A stretch of DNA of 64,000 nt. Source: Candidatus Sulfomarinibacteraceae bacterium. GTDB lineage: Bacteria > Acidobacteriota > Thermoanaerobaculia > Thermoanaerobaculales > Sulfomarinibacteraceae. A program made the translations under genes and the position numbers. The notes under the pieces are model-generated. The model saw only the letters and a list, made by a program, of their open reading frames with translations. It made no database searches and was not told the DNA's origin. The first letter of the stretch is position 1; each line of letters starts with the position of its first letter. The stretch covers positions 672,001 to 736,000 of the forward strand of contig CAWCLO010000010.1 in the NCBI GenBank assembly GCA_963796455.1. The letters are read 5' to 3'. Shown here piece after piece: positions 1 to 10,700 of this stretch.

Positions 1-488
1 CCGCGGGCCAATGGCTCGAACGTACCTTGGACGATTCGGCCAACCGCCGGATGGCCTTGCCCGAGGCCTTTCTGTCGGCCGACGCTATATTGAGGGTCGT
101 GCACAACGTGGTCGACGGTCTGCAGGTCTTTCCCGCCATGGTGGCGCGCAACCTGGCGGAAGAGCTGCCGCTGATGGCCTCGGAAGCCATCCTGATGGAG
201 GGCGTGCAACGGGGCGGTGACCGGCAAGCCTTGCACGAGCGACTGCGGGTTCACTCACGAACAGCCGCCCACGTCGTCCTGGCCGAAGGCGGCGAGAACC
301 CCTTCATCTCACTGATTGCCGACGATCCTGCAGTTCCGCTGGATCGCGCCGAACTCGAGGCGCTTCTCGAACCGGTGCGCTTTATCGGCCGCGCTCCCGA
401 GCAGGTGCGGGAGTTTCTCGAAGAACACGTTCGTCCGATCCTCGCAGAAGCCGGTGATCTTCCCGAAGCGCGCGATCTGGACGTCTAA
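1..488 (+). CDS. purB: adenylosuccinate lyase, 3' part (gene begins before the window)
   Basis: Frame open from position 3: QWLERTLDDSANRR ... ELPLMASEAILM ... GGDRQALHERLR ... FIGRAPEQV, the typical C-terminal PurB motifs. Confidence 0.92.
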   Translation, partial: AGQWLERTLDDSANRRMALPEAFLSADAILRVVHNVVDGLQVFPAMVARNLAEELPLMASEAILMEGVQRGGDRQALHERLRVHSRTAAHVVLAEGGENPFISLIADDPAVPLDRAELEALLEPVRFIGRAPEQVREFLEEHVRPILAEAGDLPEARDLDV

Positions 489-491
489 CTT

Positions 492-598
492 GACTTCGGA
501 TTTCGGATTTCGGATTTCGGATTTGAGTCCCCCTGGCGCCGGCGGACAGGGGGGGGGTGGTCGGGAAATTCGAAATTCGAAATTCGAAATTCGAATTT
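492..598. repeat. inverted pair of heptamer arrays (TTTCGGA)n ... (GAAATTC)n around a GC hairpin
   Basis: About 4 TTTCGGA units at 494-521, 4 GAAATTC units at 565-592, inner CCCCCTG/CAGGGGG stem. Confidence 0.9.
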
Positions 599-1306
599 GC
601 CGCGATCAGCATTCTTCTCGTCATGGCAGTCGGTTGCGCCCACCGCGGCAGCAGTGGTGGCGGCCGCGACCCCATGGCCGGTCCGTCCCTTTCCAGCCCT
701 CATCAACCGGCTCGTGAGGCGGAGTCGGTGGAAGAGGGTTGGACCGAAAAGGGCATCGCGTCGTGGTATGGCGATCCCTATCACGGACGGCAGACCGCCT
801 CGGGCGAAATCTACGACATGCATGAGATGACAGCAGCCCACAAGACGCTCGTTTTTGGTTCGTTGGTCAAGGTCAACCGCCGCGACACCGGCGCTGATGT
901 CACCGTTCGAATCAACGATCGTGGACCCTTCATCGAGGGGCGGATTATCGATTTGTCCTTTGCCGCGGCAAAGAAGATCGGTCTCGATGTGGACGGCATC
1001 GCGCCGGTCAAAATCAAAGTCATCGGGCAAAGGGATCCGCCGCGCCGATCCTCTGCGCCACCACCCGTTCCGATCGAGGAGGCGTGCTTCTGGGTCCAGG
1101 TGGGAGCCTTTTCTGAACGTGGTCGGGCCGCCCGCGCGGAGGACGAGCTGGACCGTTCGGGTGAGGACGCCATCGTGCTCGAGGGGCTGGATGATCTGTG
1201 GAGGGTTCGCTTGGGGCCCTTTGATGATGAGCGGGAGGCCGAACGCACCCGCAACCGGGTGACCAATGACTGGCCCGGCGCTCAGGTTGTGCCGTGTGGG
1301 GGCTGA
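557..1306 (+). CDS. rlpA: septal ring lytic transglycosylase RlpA family lipoprotein with C-terminal SPOR domain
   Basis: Lipobox MAVGC; GIASWYG..YHGRQTASGEIYDM, TAAHKTL, VRINDRGPF, RIIDLS (DPBB domain); WVQVGAFS and RVRLGPF (SPOR). Confidence 0.92.
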   Translation: MVGKFEIRNSKFEFAAISILLVMAVGCAHRGSSGGGRDPMAGPSLSSPHQPAREAESVEEGWTEKGIASWYGDPYHGRQTASGEIYDMHEMTAAHKTLVFGSLVKVNRRDTGADVTVRINDRGPFIEGRIIDLSFAAAKKIGLDVDGIAPVKIKVIGQRDPPRRSSAPPPVPIEEACFWVQVGAFSERGRAARAEDELDRSGEDAIVLEGLDDLWRVRLGPFDDEREAERTRNRVTNDWPGAQVVPCGG

Positions 1307-1345
1307 TTCGTCGAAATCGGTTCCCAATGCTCGATTCGGTCTTTC

Positions 1346-1454
1346 GAGTTAGTTTTGATGTTTGAGTTATGAGTTTTGAGTTGAGGACTCAGCGCTCCTT
1401 TCTCGCCGAAGGGACAGGTGATAACTCAAACCTCAAACCTCAAAACTCAAAACT
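1346..1454. repeat. inverted pair of degenerate heptamer arrays (TTTTGAG)n ... (CTCAAAA)n
   Basis: Left arm 1346-1385; right arm 1421-1454 reads ATAACTC AAACCTC AAACCTC AAAACTC AAAACT. Confidence 0.85.
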
Positions 1455-1482
1455 GAGCCAGGGTGTTGCTACCATCACCCCG

Positions 1483-3348
1483 ATGTTGAAGACGCCACTT
1501 TGCCGCTTCGCCCTACCGTGCCTCGCCGGAACCCTCTCCCTCGCCTTCGCCTGTCAACAAACAGCGCCGCCGGAAGATGTCCGGGCAGAGCGGGTCGTGA
1601 TGGTGTCCTATGATTCGGTGGGCGCCGAGGTGGCCTGGCAGTGGATTGAAGACGGGACTGCAGCTTCGGTGGACGGCCTCCGGGGGCTGGCCGAAAACGG
1701 GCTTTCCGCCGAGCGGATGCGACCGGTGGATCCGACCTTGACGGCTGTGCAGCATCTGACCCTGGCCACCGGCCGTGATGCTTCGGGGACGGGTGTGGTC
1801 AGCAATACATACCGCACCCCGGGCACCCCGATGGGTGCGTGGGTCTCAGGTTTTTCGGCCTCCAGTACAGCCCCACCCTTGTGGGTTGTGGGTCGCGACA
1901 ATGGTCTCAAAGTAGCCACCCTGATGTGGCCGGGGGCCGACGGCGGAGCGCCCGACAGAATGGGCGATTTCGGTGCGGTGTGGCCCGGTCCGGCGGTTTC
2001 GCCGTCGGAGATTTTTGCCTTCGCGCCCGAAGACGCCGAGACCACCGGGGAAGTGCCGTCGAACGACGGTCTGCCGGCTCTGCTGTGGCGGTTGGAGATC
2101 GATCTCGGCGCCTCGACACCGAATCAAGTCGAAACCCTGGTCGCGCTGGTGGATGCCGATCCCGACGGTCAGCCTCGCTATAACTCGGTGGCGACATCGG
2201 TCGTCGGTACCGATGAATGGACCTATGCGGGAGAGATGGAATGGCTCGAAATCTCCTTTGACGCCCAGGGGCCGAACGACACACGGCCGCGCCGCTATGG
2301 CGCCTGGTCGAAGATTCTCTTCATCGATCGTTTGTCGGGCAACCTGCGTTTCTTTCGAGGTGGCGCCAACCGGCTGACGGCCTACCCGGAAGAATTCGAA
2401 GATCGTCTCGCCGAGGCAATCGGTCCGTGGCCGGGAGAGGCCGATTCCTGGATGGTTGCTGATTGGTGGCTCGATCTCGACAAGGGCGTCGATCTGGACA
2501 CCTTTATCGAACAGGGAGAACGGCTCGACCGCTATCTCGATCGGATGGCGGAGTACGTGCTCGAAAACGAGGACGCCGATCTTTTGTTCGTCTATCACTC
2601 GGCGGTGGACGTCTACCAACATGCGAGCCTCATCGTGGATCCCCTGCAGTGGGCCCACAGTCCGGGGAGGGCACTGGCGGCCCGCGAAGGACTCAAGCGT
2701 CTGGGGCGCTCGGTCGATGCGTCGATCAGCTCGATGTGGAAGGCTCTCGACCCGGAGACGGACGCTCTGGTGGTGGTGTCGGACCACGGCCAGCTGCCGA
2801 TTCACGATCTGGTGCGGCCCAATCGAGCCCTTGCCGACGCTGGGCTGGTCAAGACCGGTGCAGAGGGCGGTCGTCTGCGTTTTGCCGTCGACACGCCGAT
2901 GGTTGCCGTATCGAGTGCTGCCACGATCCATCTCTATCTCAACCTCGAGGGGCGCGAGCCGACCGGTGTCGTGTCCCCCCGTGCAGCCGCCGCCTATCTC
3001 AATCGGGCGGCCCGGGTCTTCGCCGATCTCGAATCCGATGGACAACCAGTTGTCGAGCGCGTCCTCAGCCGCGAGGAAGCGGCGGAGATCGGTCTCGATC
3101 ACCCCAATAGCGGCGACCTGGTGGTCTTCCTGGCTCCGGGGTTCACCTCCTCGAACAGTCTTGCCGAACCCGTCATCGAGCCGAGCCGCTATTACGGCCA
3201 GCACGGTTTCCTGGCGGCGCACGACGAGATGTGCGGCATGCTTTTCGCCCGTGGAGTGGGCATTCAGCGGACCCGGATCGACGAGGTTCCGGTCACCGAC
3301 GTGGCGCCGATGATCGCCCGTTGGTTGGGCTTCGAGCTTCCCGACTGA
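1483..3348 (+). CDS. alkaline phosphatase superfamily (nucleotide pyrophosphatase/phosphodiesterase-like) lipoprotein
   Basis: Lipobox LAFAC; VMVSYDS, PTLTAVQH, VVSDHG and GQHG metal-site motifs; ATG 1483 chosen because the upstream ORF extension is repeat-derived. Confidence 0.8.
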   Translation: MLKTPLCRFALPCLAGTLSLAFACQQTAPPEDVRAERVVMVSYDSVGAEVAWQWIEDGTAASVDGLRGLAENGLSAERMRPVDPTLTAVQHLTLATGRDASGTGVVSNTYRTPGTPMGAWVSGFSASSTAPPLWVVGRDNGLKVATLMWPGADGGAPDRMGDFGAVWPGPAVSPSEIFAFAPEDAETTGEVPSNDGLPALLWRLEIDLGASTPNQVETLVALVDADPDGQPRYNSVATSVVGTDEWTYAGEMEWLEISFDAQGPNDTRPRRYGAWSKILFIDRLSGNLRFFRGGANRLTAYPEEFEDRLAEAIGPWPGEADSWMVADWWLDLDKGVDLDTFIEQGERLDRYLDRMAEYVLENEDADLLFVYHSAVDVYQHASLIVDPLQWAHSPGRALAAREGLKRLGRSVDASISSMWKALDPETDALVVVSDHGQLPIHDLVRPNRALADAGLVKTGAEGGRLRFAVDTPMVAVSSAATIHLYLNLEGREPTGVVSPRAAAAYLNRAARVFADLESDGQPVVERVLSREEAAEIGLDHPNSGDLVVFLAPGFTSSNSLAEPVIEPSRYYGQHGFLAAHDEMCGMLFARGVGIQRTRIDEVPVTDVAPMIARWLGFELPD

Positions 3349-3399
3349 TTGACAGGCGTTGATTTAGGCTCGCCGAATCGATTCACTCTCGGCTAGAAC

Positions 3400-3438
3400 T
3401 TAACAGCAGCTTTACACCGCGTTCACTGCACCATCATT
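3400..3438 (+). promoter_or_regulatory. Pho-box-like array of four direct repeats at 11-bp spacing
   Basis: TTAACA 3400, TTTACA 3411, TTCACT 3422, ATCATT 3433, upstream of the porin-pst-phoBR operon; resembles the TT(A/T/C)ACA PhoP/PhoB-type repeat. Confidence 0.7.
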
Positions 3439-3508
3439 CGTGCCCTCCAGTATTCAGGTGCGGCCACCAGCTTCTGAGCACCGGTTGGCCGAAATGAAGG
3501 AGGACTTC

Positions 3509-4819
3509 ATGAGTCGACGAGCGGTGTTGTTCATTCTGGTGTTGATCTTCGCCACCTCGATTGCGAGTGTCGGAGCCCAGGAAGCGGATCTCGATCCTCT
3601 GCTTCAGCTTCTGGTCGAACAGGGTGTGATCACCATGGAACAAGCCCTTGCGGTGCAGGCCGAATACGACCGCCGCAGTGTGGCCGAGCAGGCACCGGCG
3701 GTGGCGCCTCCGCAATCGGTGGAGATGACCCCACCCGAACCCCCGGTCCAAGCGGCTGCTGAACCGGATACCGAGGCCAAGTCCGAGAAGTGGTACGACC
3801 GCATCGACTTCAAGGGCGACCTCCGTTTGCGGGGTGAGTTCTTCTTTGTCGACGGCATTTCAAACAACGACCGTCGCGAACGCTACCGCGCGCGAATCCG
3901 ACCGGGAATCTCTACCGACATCACCGACTGGATGTCCGTCGGGCTCCAGTTGCGCAGTGGTGATCCGCTCGATCCCGTCTCAGACAATTCGAGCCTCGAC
4001 GGTGGCTTCAGCCTGATTCCGATCAATATTTCGGAAGGATATGCGGCCTTCGATATTGCCAAATTCTTCGATCTCACGATCGGTAAATTCGATCCGAAAA
4101 AGAAGTGGACCGCCACTGATTTCCAATGGGATGACGATGTCACCGTCGAGGGCAGCATGCAGGAATGGTCGGTCAGTGCTCTCAAGGCATCGACTTATCA
4201 GTTCGTGCTCGAAGAATCCGGGAGCTCCGCTGACTCGTACATTTTCGGCGCACAGGCCGAGGCTACGATCAAGACGGACTCAACCGGGACCTTCACCTTC
4301 GGCGCTGGCTACGACGACTGGCAGAATCCGCAGAAGGTGGCGGATCTCACGTTGAACGGCAAGCTGCATGGCAACCGGGTGACCAATCTGCTCGATGAGA
4401 ACGACCAGCTGATCTCGGATTTCAACATCGCCAACGCCTTCGTCACCTGGAGCGGCGCCATCAACGAGAACTGGCCGGTCAAGTTCCACCTCTTCGGTTA
4501 TTACAACACCGGAGCCCAGGGACTCGGCAAGGACTACAACAAGGGCTATTTTGTCCGGCTCCAATTCGGTGACTACAAAAAGCCCTACCAGATCGCATTC
4601 CGCGCCTCCCGCTATTACTCCGAGCCCGATGCGCTCTTTTATGTCTTTGCACAGTCGGACACCACCATGGCCTCGGATGTCGATGGCTATCGCCTCGATT
4701 TTCGGATGGGCTTCGTCAAAAAATCTTTTTTCAACGTCACCTGGTACCACACCAAACCGGTGTATTCGATCTTCCCGACCATGGACCGTCTCCAGGTCGA
4801 CTACATCATCGTTTTTTAG
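3509..4819 (+). CDS. putative outer-membrane porin (likely phosphate-related)
   Basis: AGGAGG RBS; signal peptide; LLVEQGVIT N-terminal segment; FKGDLRLR..RERYRAR beta-strands; C-terminal Phe; first gene of the pst operon. Confidence 0.75.
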   Translation: MSRRAVLFILVLIFATSIASVGAQEADLDPLLQLLVEQGVITMEQALAVQAEYDRRSVAEQAPAVAPPQSVEMTPPEPPVQAAAEPDTEAKSEKWYDRIDFKGDLRLRGEFFFVDGISNNDRRERYRARIRPGISTDITDWMSVGLQLRSGDPLDPVSDNSSLDGGFSLIPINISEGYAAFDIAKFFDLTIGKFDPKKKWTATDFQWDDDVTVEGSMQEWSVSALKASTYQFVLEESGSSADSYIFGAQAEATIKTDSTGTFTFGAGYDDWQNPQKVADLTLNGKLHGNRVTNLLDENDQLISDFNIANAFVTWSGAINENWPVKFHLFGYYNTGAQGLGKDYNKGYFVRLQFGDYKKPYQIAFRASRYYSEPDALFYVFAQSDTTMASDVDGYRLDFRMGFVKKSFFNVTWYHTKPVYSIFPTMDRLQVDYIIVF

Positions 4820-4902
4820 TCTATGAAGATTTCGACCCTGATTCACCGTGGCGTCCACTCGGAATCCGAGCGGTGCGTCGCATGGCCGTGCAAGGAGAAA
4901 TA

Positions 4903-5877
4903 ATGAGAAATTCAAAGGGTGTTTTCGTTTGCATCGTAATTCTGGTGGCGGCGACCACCGCCCTGGCCTCGGGGCCGACTCTCGACCCCGCATTGCCGAA
5001 GTACGGAAAGGTCGACGGCCTGCGCGGCACCCTCAACGCCGCCGGCTCGGACACCATGCTCGAGCTCCAGACCCTGATGGCCGAGGAGTTCCGCAAGCTC
5101 TATCCGCAGGTCAAGATCCAGGTCGAGGGCAAAGGCTCGTCGACCGCTCCTCCGGCTCTGATCGAGGGGACCGTGCAACTCGGTGACATGTCGCGCAAAA
5201 TGAAAAACAAAGAGGTTGATGCATTCGAGGAGGCCTTTGGCTACGAGCCGACCCGCTTCGACGTGGCGCTCGACACCCTCGCGGTCTTTGTCAACAAGGA
5301 CAACCCCGTCGAAGCGCTGAGCATCGAAGAGGTGGACGCGATTTTCTCCAAGACCAGAAAATGCGGTGCCGCATCCGATGTCAGTACCTGGGGCCAGCTC
5401 GGTCTCGGCGGGCGCTTTGCCACCGCTCCAACATCGCTCTACGGTCGCAACGCGGCTTCGGGAACCTACGGATATTTCAAGCAGCATGCCCTCTGCAAGG
5501 GTGACTACAAGGATTCGGTCAAGGAGCAGCCGGGGTCGGCTTCGGTGGTTCAGGGGATCGAAAAGGATGCTTATGGAATCGGCTATTCGGGGATCGGATA
5601 TGCCACATCCGGCGTGCGCGCCGTGCCACTTTCGGCAAAAAAAGGACAGCCGGCCGTCGCCGCTTCGTCCGAAAACGCTGCCAACGGGTCGTATCCGCTG
5701 GCGCGGTTTCTCCACATCTACGTCAACAAGCCGCCGTCAAAGACCCTTGATCGGCTCACTGCCGAATACCTGCGGTTCATCCTCTCCGCGGAAGGGCAGC
5801 GGGTCATCATCAAGGCGGGCTTCGATCCATTGGACGCCAAGACTGCAGCTCAACAGTTCGCCAAGATCGGCGGCTGA
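4903..5877 (+). CDS. pstS: phosphate ABC transporter substrate-binding protein
   Basis: AGSDTM, GKGSSTAPPALIEG, GRNAASGTY and YPLARFL motifs; AAGGAG RBS. Confidence 0.95.
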   Translation: MRNSKGVFVCIVILVAATTALASGPTLDPALPKYGKVDGLRGTLNAAGSDTMLELQTLMAEEFRKLYPQVKIQVEGKGSSTAPPALIEGTVQLGDMSRKMKNKEVDAFEEAFGYEPTRFDVALDTLAVFVNKDNPVEALSIEEVDAIFSKTRKCGAASDVSTWGQLGLGGRFATAPTSLYGRNAASGTYGYFKQHALCKGDYKDSVKEQPGSASVVQGIEKDAYGIGYSGIGYATSGVRAVPLSAKKGQPAVAASSENAANGSYPLARFLHIYVNKPPSKTLDRLTAEYLRFILSAEGQRVIIKAGFDPLDAKTAAQQFAKIGG

Positions 5878-8148
5878 ATGCGCCGATTCTTGACCGAGCG
5901 CCGCAAGGACCAGCTCGCCACCGTGCTCATTCGCACCGGTGGCCTGCTGGTGATCCTGGTGGTGGTCGGGATCGTGATCAACATCGGGTCGGAGGCGCTG
6001 CCGCTCTTCCGAAGCGCTTCGGCCGGCCCGATCGAACGACTCGAAAGCGGTGTCCGGCCGCTTCTGGCAGGGAGCGATCCCCGGCGCGAGCTCGTGTGGG
6101 TCCTCGGACACGACGGTCTGATTCGGTTTCCCGACTCTGATGGGCTGTCGCCGCTCGAGATCTTTGACGACATGGAGCCCACCCTGACCGCCGGAGACCA
6201 CGAAATCCACGGGCTTGTGTCGGTCATTACCAAAGACGGCAGGGTGGCGGTCGGGCAGATCCGTTTTCGCGACGACTGGCAGGGGGAGACGCGGGTCACC
6301 ACGGCCCGGTGGCGGCCATCGGCCGACGCGCTGGAGCTCGGCGACGGAGTCTGGACCGGAATCACCGCCAACGGCGATGAAGACGGCAACCTCCTGGTGG
6401 CGGCCTGGGGCGAGTCCGGCGATTTCGATCTCGTCTATTGGGATTCCGAGGACGAGGCCTGGAATCGGTGGGCAGCTCCCGGCCAGCCGGGTGGGGTGCT
6501 CGGTGCCGCCGTCGCAGAAGGTCTCGATAACTTGGCGGTGGTCGATGCCGCGGGCACGATGCGCCTCTATCGCCTGCCTTCCCTGAACCCGGCGACAGTC
6601 CTCAGTGGCGAGCGGGTCATCTCGACTCTGCGGTTCCTGATTGGTGGCGGGACCCTGGTCGCCGCCGGAGGAGATGGTTCGATCGACGTCTTTCTCGAGG
6701 TCCCGCGTGTCACGGTGGAGAACACCGGAGACGGGAGCTTCAAGGTGGCAGGCACGCGCCTCGCGCCGGGAGAGTCGGTGGTGGTGCCCGACGATGAGAT
6801 CGGTCGCAAGCTGGCGTCCCGGAACGATGTGAACGTATCGGCAGCACCTACCCAGTGGACACCGGTACGAAGCCTCGACGGGCCGCAGTCTCGGCCGACG
6901 GTCATTGCCGCTGCCAGCCGGCGGAGGGGATTCGCGGTCGCGGCGGCCGACGGCTCGGTTGGGCTCTACTACTCCACCTCGGGCCGCAGGTTGATGGTGG
7001 ATCCGTGGACCGATGGGCCGATCAGCAACCTGGCCATCGACCCGAAGAGCGACGGGGCCGTAGCCGTGGCCGGCCATACGGTGATGCGCCGCGCCATCGA
7101 CAACCCCCATCCTGAGATCAGCTTCCGCACGCTCTTTCTGCCTGTCTGGTACGAAGGGTATGCGGGTAAAAAATGGGTGTGGCAGTCGACCGGGGGATCG
7201 GACGCCTTCGAGCCCAAGCTCAGCGTCTGGCCGTTGATCTTCGGCACCCTCAAGGCGACCCTGTACGCCATGCTCTTTTCGCTGCCCTTGGCCCTGATGG
7301 CGGCGGTCTATGTTTCGCAGCTCGCGCCGAGCTGGCTACAATCGATCGTCAAACCAACTCTCGAGTTGATGGCGGCGGTGCCCTCGGTGGTGGTCGGTTT
7401 TCTCGCCGCTCTGTGGTTGGCTCCGCGGCTTGAAACGGCTCTTTTCGCGGTCCTTCTGGGGATCTTCGCCCTGCCCCTCGCCATTATCCTGGCCCTCGGT
7501 TTCTGGCGCATGTTGCCGACCGATTTTCGCCGGAGACTGCCCGACGGCGCCGAACTTCTCGTTCTTTTTGCTGCGGGCTCGGCAGTGGTCGCCGCGCTCG
7601 CCCTGGTCGCCGGCCCGATCGAGAGCCGTTTCTTCAACGGAGACTTCCAGCGTTTTCTCTTCACCGAGTGGGGCATGCGGTATGACCAGCGCAACAGCAT
7701 CGTGGTGGGTCTCGCCCTCGGCTTTGCGGTCATTCCGGTGATCTTTACCATTGCCGAGGACGCCTGCTCGGCGGTGCCGCGAGCGCTGGTCAACGCCAGC
7801 CGGGCCCTTGGAGCTACCCGATGGCAGACCGCCATCCGTTTGGTGGTCCCGGCAGCGAGCCCGGGTCTCTTTGCGGCGGTGATGCTCGGGCTCGGACGCG
7901 CAGTCGGAGAGACCATGATCGTTCTCATGGCCGCCGGCAACACTCCGTTGCTCGATCTTTCGATCTTCAACGGCATGCGGACGATGTCGGCGGCCATTGC
8001 GGTCGAGATCCCGGAAGCGCCGGTCGGCGGCACCCTGTTCCGAGTTCTCTTCCTCACCGGTACGCTTCTCTTTGCCTTCACTTTCGTGCTCACGACGGCG
8101 GCTGATTTTGTCGGCAGCTACCTGCGGAAACGATATGCACGATTCTGA
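5878..8148 (+). CDS. pstC: phosphate ABC transporter permease PstC with large beta-propeller-like extracytoplasmic insert
   Basis: [44 protein letters not shown]. Confidence 0.93.
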   Translation: MRRFLTERRKDQLATVLIRTGGLLVILVVVGIVINIGSEALPLFRSASAGPIERLESGVRPLLAGSDPRRELVWVLGHDGLIRFPDSDGLSPLEIFDDMEPTLTAGDHEIHGLVSVITKDGRVAVGQIRFRDDWQGETRVTTARWRPSADALELGDGVWTGITANGDEDGNLLVAAWGESGDFDLVYWDSEDEAWNRWAAPGQPGGVLGAAVAEGLDNLAVVDAAGTMRLYRLPSLNPATVLSGERVISTLRFLIGGGTLVAAGGDGSIDVFLEVPRVTVENTGDGSFKVAGTRLAPGESVVVPDDEIGRKLASRNDVNVSAAPTQWTPVRSLDGPQSRPTVIAAASRRRGFAVAAADGSVGLYYSTSGRRLMVDPWTDGPISNLAIDPKSDGAVAVAGHTVMRRAIDNPHPEISFRTLFLPVWYEGYAGKKWVWQSTGGSDAFEPKLSVWPLIFGTLKATLYAMLFSLPLALMAAVYVSQLAPSWLQSIVKPTLELMAAVPSVVVGFLAALWLAPRLETALFAVLLGIFALPLAIILALGFWRMLPTDFRRRLPDGAELLVLFAAGSAVVAALALVAGPIESRFFNGDFQRFLFTEWGMRYDQRNSIVVGLALGFAVIPVIFTIAEDACSAVPRALVNASRALGATRWQTAIRLVVPAASPGLFAAVMLGLGRAVGETMIVLMAAGNTPLLDLSIFNGMRTMSAAIAVEIPEAPVGGTLFRVLFLTGTLLFAFTFVLTTAADFVGSYLRKRYARF

Positions 8149-9799
8149 CCACACGGCCTCCTTTGTGGTGGAACAGCGCGGGCTGGCTTCGGGTCTGCCG
8201 GGTATCTGGACCACCGCCCTGGCGACCCTCGCGGTGCTGGTCATGCTGGCCGCGCTCTTGTGGATCGTCTCGGTCAACGCCTTTGGGTGGTTCTGGCCGT
8301 CGCGGATCACCGAGATCACCCTCGAGGACGGGACCCTTCGAATCGGCGAGATCGTCGGTCGGGAAATCATCCCGGCCAGCTCGGAGGGCGCTGAAGATCG
8401 ATTCAGGCTGCAGCTGAAGACCGGAAACCGCGAGCTCACGCGGGCCGACTTCATGTGGGTCGACGAAGCGGAGATCATCGGGCGGTCGACTCCCGGGGAT
8501 CTGGTGAGGGTGGTGCGCACGGAGTATGGAGACGCGTTCGGAAGGATCACCGAAGCGATCCGGGACGACGAGACCAGCGTCGATGTCAACTCCACCGGGG
8601 CCCTCGACGGTTTTCTCGAAACCGGCGAATCCTGGCGACGCGAGCGCCGCAGGCTGGAGGCCGAGCGCGATCGCATCCGGACCCCGTTGACCCGTGCGGA
8701 GGAGAAACTGGACCTGCTCGAGAGATCGGCGTTCGGCGGAACGGCGGGCGCCGCTGAGGAGATTGCCGCTCTCGAACAGGTGGTCGCGGTGGAATCCCAG
8801 CGGCTCGCCCCGAGACTCGAAGCCCTCCGGCACGATCTCGATGATTACGCCAGGCGCCTCGCGTCAAGCCGCATCGTGCTCGCGGCGGGGTCCGACCGGG
8901 TCGAGGTGCCGTTGGGCAGCGTCATCGAGGTCGTGTGGTCCAACCAGAAGACTCTTGCGGGCCGAGGCCTGCACGCTGTTCGCGAGGGTTTTCTGTTCCT
9001 CTTTACCGAACCCCGCGAGGCCAACACCGAGGGCGGAATCTTCCCGGCGCTCTTCGGTACGGTTCTGCTGGTCCTTCTGATGAGCGTTGCGGTTGTGCCC
9101 TTTGGGGTTGTGACGGCGGTCTACATGACCGAGTACGCGCGGCCGGGGATCCCGTTGCGGCTGGCCAATCAGGCGGTCAACAACCTTGCCGGCGTGCCCT
9201 CGATCGTATTTGGAATGTTCGGGCTGGCTTTCTTTGTCTACGAGGTCGGCGGAACGATCGACGGCCTCTTCTTTGCCGACCGTTTACCGACGCCGACCTT
9301 TGGCACCGGCGGTGTCTTGTGGGCCTCGTTGACGCTCGCCCTGTTGACGGTCCCGGTGGTGGTGGTGGCGACCCGCGAGGGTCTCCTGGCGGTGCCTCAG
9401 AGTTGGAGGGATGGGTCTCTGGCACTTGGCGCCACCCGCTGGCAGACCCTCAAGAAGATCATTCTTCCCGCCGCCATGCCGGGCATTTTGACCGGTCTGA
9501 TCCTGGCTGTCAGCCGAGCCGCGGGCGAAGTGGCCCCGCTCATGCTCACCGGTGCGGTCAAGCTCGCGCCGAGCCTCCCGGTGGATGGCACCGCGCCGTT
9601 TCTCCACCTCCAACGCAAGTTCATGCACCTCGGCTTCCATATCTATGACGTTTCGATGCAGTCTCCAAACGTGGAGGCCGCAAAACCCATGGCCTTTGCC
9701 ACCACCCTGGTTTTGCTCGGGTTGGTGGTATTGCTGAACCTGACGGCGATCATTGTCAGACGGCGATTGCGCAGGGCTTATAGAGGACAGGTTGTGTGA
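8135..9799 (+). CDS. pstA: phosphate ABC transporter permease PstA with periplasmic coiled-coil insert
   Basis: [46 protein letters not shown]. Confidence 0.93.
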   Translation: MHDSDHTASFVVEQRGLASGLPGIWTTALATLAVLVMLAALLWIVSVNAFGWFWPSRITEITLEDGTLRIGEIVGREIIPASSEGAEDRFRLQLKTGNRELTRADFMWVDEAEIIGRSTPGDLVRVVRTEYGDAFGRITEAIRDDETSVDVNSTGALDGFLETGESWRRERRRLEAERDRIRTPLTRAEEKLDLLERSAFGGTAGAAEEIAALEQVVAVESQRLAPRLEALRHDLDDYARRLASSRIVLAAGSDRVEVPLGSVIEVVWSNQKTLAGRGLHAVREGFLFLFTEPREANTEGGIFPALFGTVLLVLLMSVAVVPFGVVTAVYMTEYARPGIPLRLANQAVNNLAGVPSIVFGMFGLAFFVYEVGGTIDGLFFADRLPTPTFGTGGVLWASLTLALLTVPVVVVATREGLLAVPQSWRDGSLALGATRWQTLKKIILPAAMPGILTGLILAVSRAAGEVAPLMLTGAVKLAPSLPVDGTAPFLHLQRKFMHLGFHIYDVSMQSPNVEAAKPMAFATTLVLLGLVVLLNLTAIIVRRRLRRAYRGQVV

Positions 9800-10659
9800 T
9801 GAATACTCCTTCGACCATCAAAAATAGAGATGCCGACGGATCGAGGCCGAGAGCGAGCGTGCATGTCGCGCCGGCCACCGGGAACGGGACCGATTCGGTC
9901 GACCGTGGAATAGCACTCGAAACCAAAGGCCTTCGCCTTTTTTACGGCGAGGTCCAGGCCTTGAAGGGCATCGATCTCGAGATGTCGGCACGAAAGATCA
10001 CCGCCCTGATCGGTCCCTCCGGTTGTGGCAAGTCCACCTACCTGCGGTGTTTCAACCGGATGAACGACATGATCGAGGGGGTGCGGGTCGAGGGCCAGAT
10101 CCTGGTGGAAGGCGTCGACATCTTCCGGCCTGACATCGATCTCGAGAGGCTCCGAAAAAGGGTGGGGATGGTCTTTCAGAAGTCGAACCCTTTTCCAATG
10201 ACCATTCGCGAGAACATCAGTTTCGGTCCGCGTATGACCGGAGTCCGCGGTCGCGCGAGACTCGACGAATTGGTCGAACGATCGCTCAAACAGGCCGACC
10301 TTTGGGACGAGGTGTGTGATCGCCTCGACCAATCCGCGCTCGACCTCTCGGGCGGTCAGCAGCAGCGTCTGTGCATAGCCCGCGCCCTGGCCAACGAGCC
10401 CGATATCCTGCTCCTCGACGAGCCGGCGTCCGCCCTCGACCCGATCTCGACGGCAAAGATCGAGGAGACCCTGCTCCAACTCAAGGAGCTTTACTCCATT
10501 GTCATCGTCACCCACAACCTTCAGCAGGCGGCGCGGATCGCGGATCGCACTGCATTTTTCATGCTTGGCGAGCTGGTGGAGTACAACGACACCACCACCA
10601 TGTTCACCAACCCGAATGAGAGAATTACCGAGGAATACATCACCGGTCGATTTGGCTAG
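9796..10659 (+). CDS. pstB: phosphate ABC transporter ATP-binding protein
   Basis: [42 protein letters not shown]. Confidence 0.97.
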   Translation: MMNTPSTIKNRDADGSRPRASVHVAPATGNGTDSVDRGIALETKGLRLFYGEVQALKGIDLEMSARKITALIGPSGCGKSTYLRCFNRMNDMIEGVRVEGQILVEGVDIFRPDIDLERLRKRVGMVFQKSNPFPMTIRENISFGPRMTGVRGRARLDELVERSLKQADLWDEVCDRLDQSALDLSGGQQQRLCIARALANEPDILLLDEPASALDPISTAKIEETLLQLKELYSIVIVTHNLQQAARIADRTAFFMLGELVEYNDTTTMFTNPNERITEEYITGRFG

Positions 10660-10700
10660 AACGATCGACGCGAGTAGAGTCTGGAGATCGGGAGAAACCC

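Noticed and set aside
382..675. ORFs containing FEFRISNF / IRNPKSEIR peptides (also 47670-48123 and 48878-49171)
   Set aside because: These are translations of the heptamer arrays and overlap real genes
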